A program made the position numbers and the translations under genes. A DNA stretch of 64,000 nt from positions 24,139-88,138 of the forward strand of contig CAYOQJ010000039.1 in NCBI GenBank assembly GCA_964406095.1, read 5' to 3'. The DNA is from an uncultured Lentisphaeraceae bacterium. GTDB lineage: Bacteria; Verrucomicrobiota; Kiritimatiellia; RFP12; UBA1067. Shown here one piece after another: positions 61,601 to 64,000 of the stretch; within the stretch, counting starts at the first letter, position 1, and every line of letters begins with the position of its first letter. Below the pieces are notes generated by a model. It searched no databases and was not told where the DNA came from. It saw nothing but the letters and a program-made list of their open reading frames with translations.

Positions 61601-62259
61601 CAGGTGATTTTGTCCAGCTGGTCGTCAGCGATGACGGTGTCGGTATGGATAACGAAACACTGGAACATATCTTCGAACCCTTCTTTACCACCAAAAAGAT
61701 TGGCGAGGGTACAGGGCTCGGCTTGCCAATGGTTTACGGAATTGTCAAACAGAATCATGGTTTTATCAATGTTTACAGCGAAATTGGTCGCGGTACAACA
61801 TTCCGGATATATCTGCCCCGTCAGATGGAAGAGACCCCTGAAGAAAATCAGAAGTTGCTTGCTCAACCGTTTAAAAGTGGCAGAGGCATCACAGTGTTGG
61901 TGGTTGAGGATGAGGAGTCGATCTTAAAACTGACAGATAAAATTCTCTCTCGCTGTGAATATGATGTTTTAACCGCCGATTCTCCCGCGAACGCGCTGGA
62001 AATCGCCCGCAGTTATCCCGGTGAAATTGTTTTGCTTATAACCGATGTTGTCATGCCTGAGATGAACGGCAAAGAGCTGGCAGACCAGTTGCGAAGACAA
62101 TATCCCGCTCTCAAGTGCCTTTTTATGTCGGGCTATACCGCCAATGTGATCGTCCAGCGAGGGGTGCTTAAAAAAGGTGTGGATTTCATCCAGAAACCAT
62201 TCGCGGTTAAAACATTTATCCAAAAGGTGAATGAGGTTCTGAACAAATCTGGCGACTGA
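58651..62259 (+). CDS. hybrid sensor histidine kinase: two periplasmic SBP_bac_3-like domains, TM, two PAS domains, HisKA-HATPase, C-terminal receiver
   Basis: Two solute-binding-like repeats (YPPFCIVHSDG..., YPPFEFLDETG...). TM helix VALPLLLLVLLVLLW. PAS blocks, H-box GGVAHDYNNML, and N/G boxes (NLCVNARDA, GTGLGL). Receiver VLVVEDEESIL...LITDVVMPEMNG...FIQKPF. Confidence 0.9.
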   Translation: MKNQAHSVVRCFRKVALIARNGGYLVLLTGWLLQSGGYAAENPELTVSAGCEVDYPPFCIVHSDGRSDGFAVELLRAALNKMDYQVTFRTGVWSSVRSWLERGEVQVLPLVGRTPEREPLFDFTFPFMTMHGAIVVRKDMRNVHQLSDLKGCTVGVMQGDNAEEFLRRGRRDFGILATPTYLDTLRALQSGQCDAVVLQRLVAVRLLAESGLHDLRIVERPIREFAQDFCFAVQKGDSQMLSLLNEGLALVMADGTHRHLHDKWFAHLQLPHDRPIIVGGDHNYPPFEFLDETGRPAGFSVELTQAIAREAGLNVRIRLEPWQSVVNGLHDGSVDALEGIFYTPERDALLDFSPKYIVVDCVSVVRKDAGNPPVSFEELRGRELVVQAEDAMFNKIMEHGLDQRIIVVKTQEEVVRTIAEGRGDCGLVTRLSTLYTIRKHGYTNLKVAEKALYSGQYCYAVLNGNDALLTKFTEGLQVVKNSGEYQRLYEKWMGVYERHLSIGEVIRYVASVALPLLLLVLLVLLWSWTLRRRVAARTYELSVANRQMQESNESLLKIQETLRRSDERFSLAQALSGVGAWEWNLSTNEVYWSDKLMELFGFAEDKGKFNESFDSVTECIYPDDVSAWRDSVRECVEDGREHCMEYRVLLPDGRLRWIGVFGNAQRDDDGKAIRLVGVAMDVTERKLAEQALKEAYEIINRSFSVAFTWRNAEGWPVEFASENVLKLLGHKAEDFTEDRVSYLECVHPDDLLRVKREFAAVFADRNIEEMVHEPYRLTAKDGTLKVVRHWTFVIRNNEGRVTHFKGIVEDITSQRNLENQLAQSQKMEAVGRLAGGVAHDYNNMLNVIMGYTELAMENEQLREPLREYLQEIAAAANRSKAITEQLLAFARRETIAPQLMDMNTSVTKMLAIIRKLIGENIELSWYPGEGALPVLLDPSQLDQILVNLCVNARDAVEDVGRITIEISNVKIDNDYCTTHADFIPGDFVQLVVSDDGVGMDNETLEHIFEPFFTTKKIGEGTGLGLPMVYGIVKQNHGFINVYSEIGRGTTFRIYLPRQMEETPEENQKLLAQPFKSGRGITVLVVEDEESILKLTDKILSRCEYDVLTADSPANALEIARSYPGEIVLLITDVVMPEMNGKELADQLRRQYPALKCLFMSGYTANVIVQRGVLKKGVDFIQKPFAVKTFIQKVNEVLNKSGD

Positions 62260-62325
62260 GCCTGTTGTCACCCTGGAAACAGTAAAACAGACAAAAACAA
62301 AGAGGAACTGCGGCTGAGAGCAGCT

Positions 62326-63270
62326 TTAAAAGCGACAGTTCAATTGTAGTGCTCCCGGGTTCAGATAACGTTGCGACAGTAGATATTGGTCATCGTGAAT
62401 CAGCGCGTAGTGACGTAGCAGCACCAGAGGTGCCAGTAGCGGGTAAATACCTTCGTGAAAGCCCGCAATCACATCATGAAGTTCCCGCTTCTCGGTTGCG
62501 GAAAGTAGCTTCTTGAAATAACCGCTGATGTGATCAAGGGTGTTCGTGTGCTTGCGTCTGGTGGCCGGCGTGGACAGTGCCTGCATAAGTGCGGCACGAT
62601 ACTGCGGTGCGATGCTTCTGGCACTACCGGAACTCTCTGCAAGCAACCGCCCAAGTCGGGAGACCTGCGCGGGGTTGTGCGCCATAATCAGATACTTGCA
62701 GGAAGCATGAAAATCCGTCAGAGCTCCGCGTTTAAGACGCGGAGTGTTAATCAGCTCCTGCAACTCTGCGTAGGTGCTGACCTTATCGATAAATGCTTCG
62801 CGCAGGGCCGGATCGTTCAAGCGCCCCTCCTCTTCCACCGGGATATCAGGAAAAGCCCGGATGAACGCCGCTGCAAAGATACCGGTTCCCTTTTTCTGCG
62901 GCATGCTGTCGGCTGAGGTGAAAACCTTGACGCGGTAAAGACCGGAACTCGGCGACTTGCTTTTGAAAACAAAACCGCAGAGTTGCTCGTCAGCCAGACG
63001 CCTCAAAGTAGGTTTGACCCAACGCCGCATCTGCGGAGTTATATCCTTTCCGCTCTTAATTGTCACCAGACGCGGATTCTCTACAGAACCTACCAGCCGC
63101 ATGGCATCACGTGGAATCGGCAGTCCGCACTCTGTTTCGGGACAGAGTGGCACATATTCGACAAAACGCCCCAGTGTGTCCATCAGAAATGAGTCGCGTT
63201 TGTGTTGCCCGTCAAAGCGTACCGGTTCTCCGGTCAAACAGGTGCTGATGCCGATCCGTATCTTTTTCAT
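62326..63270 (-). CDS. DUF523 (TudS/YbbK-like) + DUF1722 fusion protein
   Basis: N-terminal MKKIRIGISTCLTGEPVRFDGQHK is typical of DUF523. The C-terminal helical half resembles the YbgA/DUF1722 pattern (HY.LMAH). Confidence 0.7.
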   Translation of the reverse strand: MKKIRIGISTCLTGEPVRFDGQHKRDSFLMDTLGRFVEYVPLCPETECGLPIPRDAMRLVGSVENPRLVTIKSGKDITPQMRRWVKPTLRRLADEQLCGFVFKSKSPSSGLYRVKVFTSADSMPQKKGTGIFAAAFIRAFPDIPVEEEGRLNDPALREAFIDKVSTYAELQELINTPRLKRGALTDFHASCKYLIMAHNPAQVSRLGRLLAESSGSARSIAPQYRAALMQALSTPATRRKHTNTLDHISGYFKKLLSATEKRELHDVIAGFHEGIYPLLAPLVLLRHYALIHDDQYLLSQRYLNPGALQLNCRF

Positions 63271-63406
63271 ACCCCTGATTCTAACCTAAAGCAGCTTTCA
63301 GATGCAACCAATCTTGGCTCACTAAATTAGCGCACAAATTGTAATATTAGCCCGGACAGATGGAAAAGTGGGAAAAACCATGTTGATCCGCTCTGATTAT
63401 TTCAGT

Positions 63407-63440
63407 TTAACTTGCTTGTGTTTTGTGGCAGAAGTTGAGA
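63407..63440 (+). repeat. 34-nt intergenic motif, copy B (upstream of CinA-like gene)
   Basis: ttaacttgcttgtgttttgtggcagaagttgaga is 30/34 identical to copy A at 58536-58569. Confidence 0.85.
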
Positions 63441-63480
63441 ATATGGCAGCCAATGGTGGTATGCTGAGAGAGAGTTGAAT

Positions 63481-63957
63481 ATGAATAAAAAACCGGAGGA
63501 AGAACTTGTTCATAACCTCATGAAAAGCAATCTTACACTGGCGGTTGCTGAATCCTGCACAGGAGGATTGCTGGGAGCGGTGTTGACCTCGGTGCCGGGT
63601 GTTTCAAAGGTGTTCAAAGGCGGCACGATCTGCTATGCGAATGAAATTAAAAACAGAGTCCTCGGAGTTTCAAATAGAATCCTGGATTCAGATGGCGCGG
63701 TAAGTGATGCGTGTGCCCGGGCAATGGCCAGCGGTGTTCGTGAATTGTTTGCAACGGATGTTGCCGTTGCCGTCACTGGAATTGCCGGCCCCGGAGATGG
63801 CAGTGCGGAGAAACCGGTCGGATTGGTTTACATCTGCGTAACAACTGCGGCAAATACGATCAGTAGGAAATTTGAATTTTCTGGTGACCGTAAGATAATC
63901 AGAGAACACTCTGTGAGCTGCGCCCTGCATATGCTTGCGGAAATGTGTTGTTTATGA
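63481..63957 (+). CDS. pncC: CinA C-terminal-domain protein (PncC-type nicotinamide-nucleotide amidohydrolase family)
   Basis: [38 protein letters not shown] and [12 protein letters not shown] motifs. ATG 63481 is preferred over TTG 63475. Confidence 0.85.
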   Translation: MNKKPEEELVHNLMKSNLTLAVAESCTGGLLGAVLTSVPGVSKVFKGGTICYANEIKNRVLGVSNRILDSDGAVSDACARAMASGVRELFATDVAVAVTGIAGPGDGSAEKPVGLVYICVTTAANTISRKFEFSGDRKIIREHSVSCALHMLAEMCCL

Positions 63958-64000
63958 GTAACGCGATCCGCTCTGACAGCGGGTATGGTGCGAAATTATG
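63954..64000 (+). CDS. 5' end of an unidentified gene (15 codons visible), start overlaps cinA-like stop (ATGA)
   Basis: ATGAGTAACGCGATCCGC... is open to the window end. It is too short to identify. Confidence 0.3.
   Translation, partial: MSNAIRSDSGYGAKL

Noticed and set aside
58747-61866. 249-aa (58747-59496) and 207-aa (61243-61866) minus-strand ORFs inside the sensor kinase gene
   Set aside because: Both are antisense to a gene with clear SBP, PAS, HisKA, HATPase and REC motifs, so they are shadow ORFs.
63380-63478. 32-aa ORF ([32 protein letters not shown]) covering motif copy B upstream of the cinA-like gene
   Set aside because: There is no convincing RBS and it overlaps the cinA-like start region and the shared motif. 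It is kept only as context for the 12-nt direct-repeat observation.

Overview
This is a 64-kb, densely coding chromosomal segment with about 50 protein genes and one tRNA-Cys. I recognised no rRNA, CRISPR array, transposase, integrase or phage genes. The content suggests a PVC-superphylum-type Gram-negative (Verrucomicrobia/Kiritimatiellae/Lentisphaerae-like). That is inference only, from a DUF1559-type pseudopilin, a ~725-aa GreA with a long N-terminal extension, and a DksA/TraR protein with a Lys/Ala-rich histone-H1-like tail. The housekeeping backbone is hisS, proS, leuS, htpG, mnmA, miaA, lspA, radC, uvsE, an HU/IHF protein, an M20 peptidase and a Na/Pi cotransporter. There are five envelope/accessory blocks. 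(i) An ABC-2 permease/GldG-like/DUF4340-like operon (1-4231). (ii) An S8 peptidase, a 1004-aa secreted protein and two HtrA/PDZ proteins (6107-14878). (iii) A tightly packed nonulosonic-acid (legionaminic/sialic-like) operon with a Cst-II-like candidate transferase, converging on sulfotransferase-like and glycosyltransferase-like genes (21506-30954). (iv) A pseudopilin gene followed by a ~2200-aa secreted protein built from repeated lectin/jelly-roll-like modules (34546-42110). (v) A Wza / beta-barrel / O-antigen-ligase-like / Wzc polysaccharide-export locus (49226-56284). Three signals found by eye lie outside the ORF track. First, a full-consensus sigma54 -24/-12 promoter drives a 9-Cys secreted mini-protein gene with its own terminator (56420-56769). 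Second, a near-consensus sigma70 promoter would start transcription ~4 nt before a 31-codon ultra-basic ORF that ends 7 nt before tRNA-Cys (58242-58496). Third, a 34-nt motif (30/34 identical) sits upstream of both the hybrid sensor kinase and the CinA-like gene. The best candidate for an undescribed system is the pseudopilin + giant multi-module surface-protein cassette. All functional statements beyond motif recognition are inference and need database and structure searches that I could not run.
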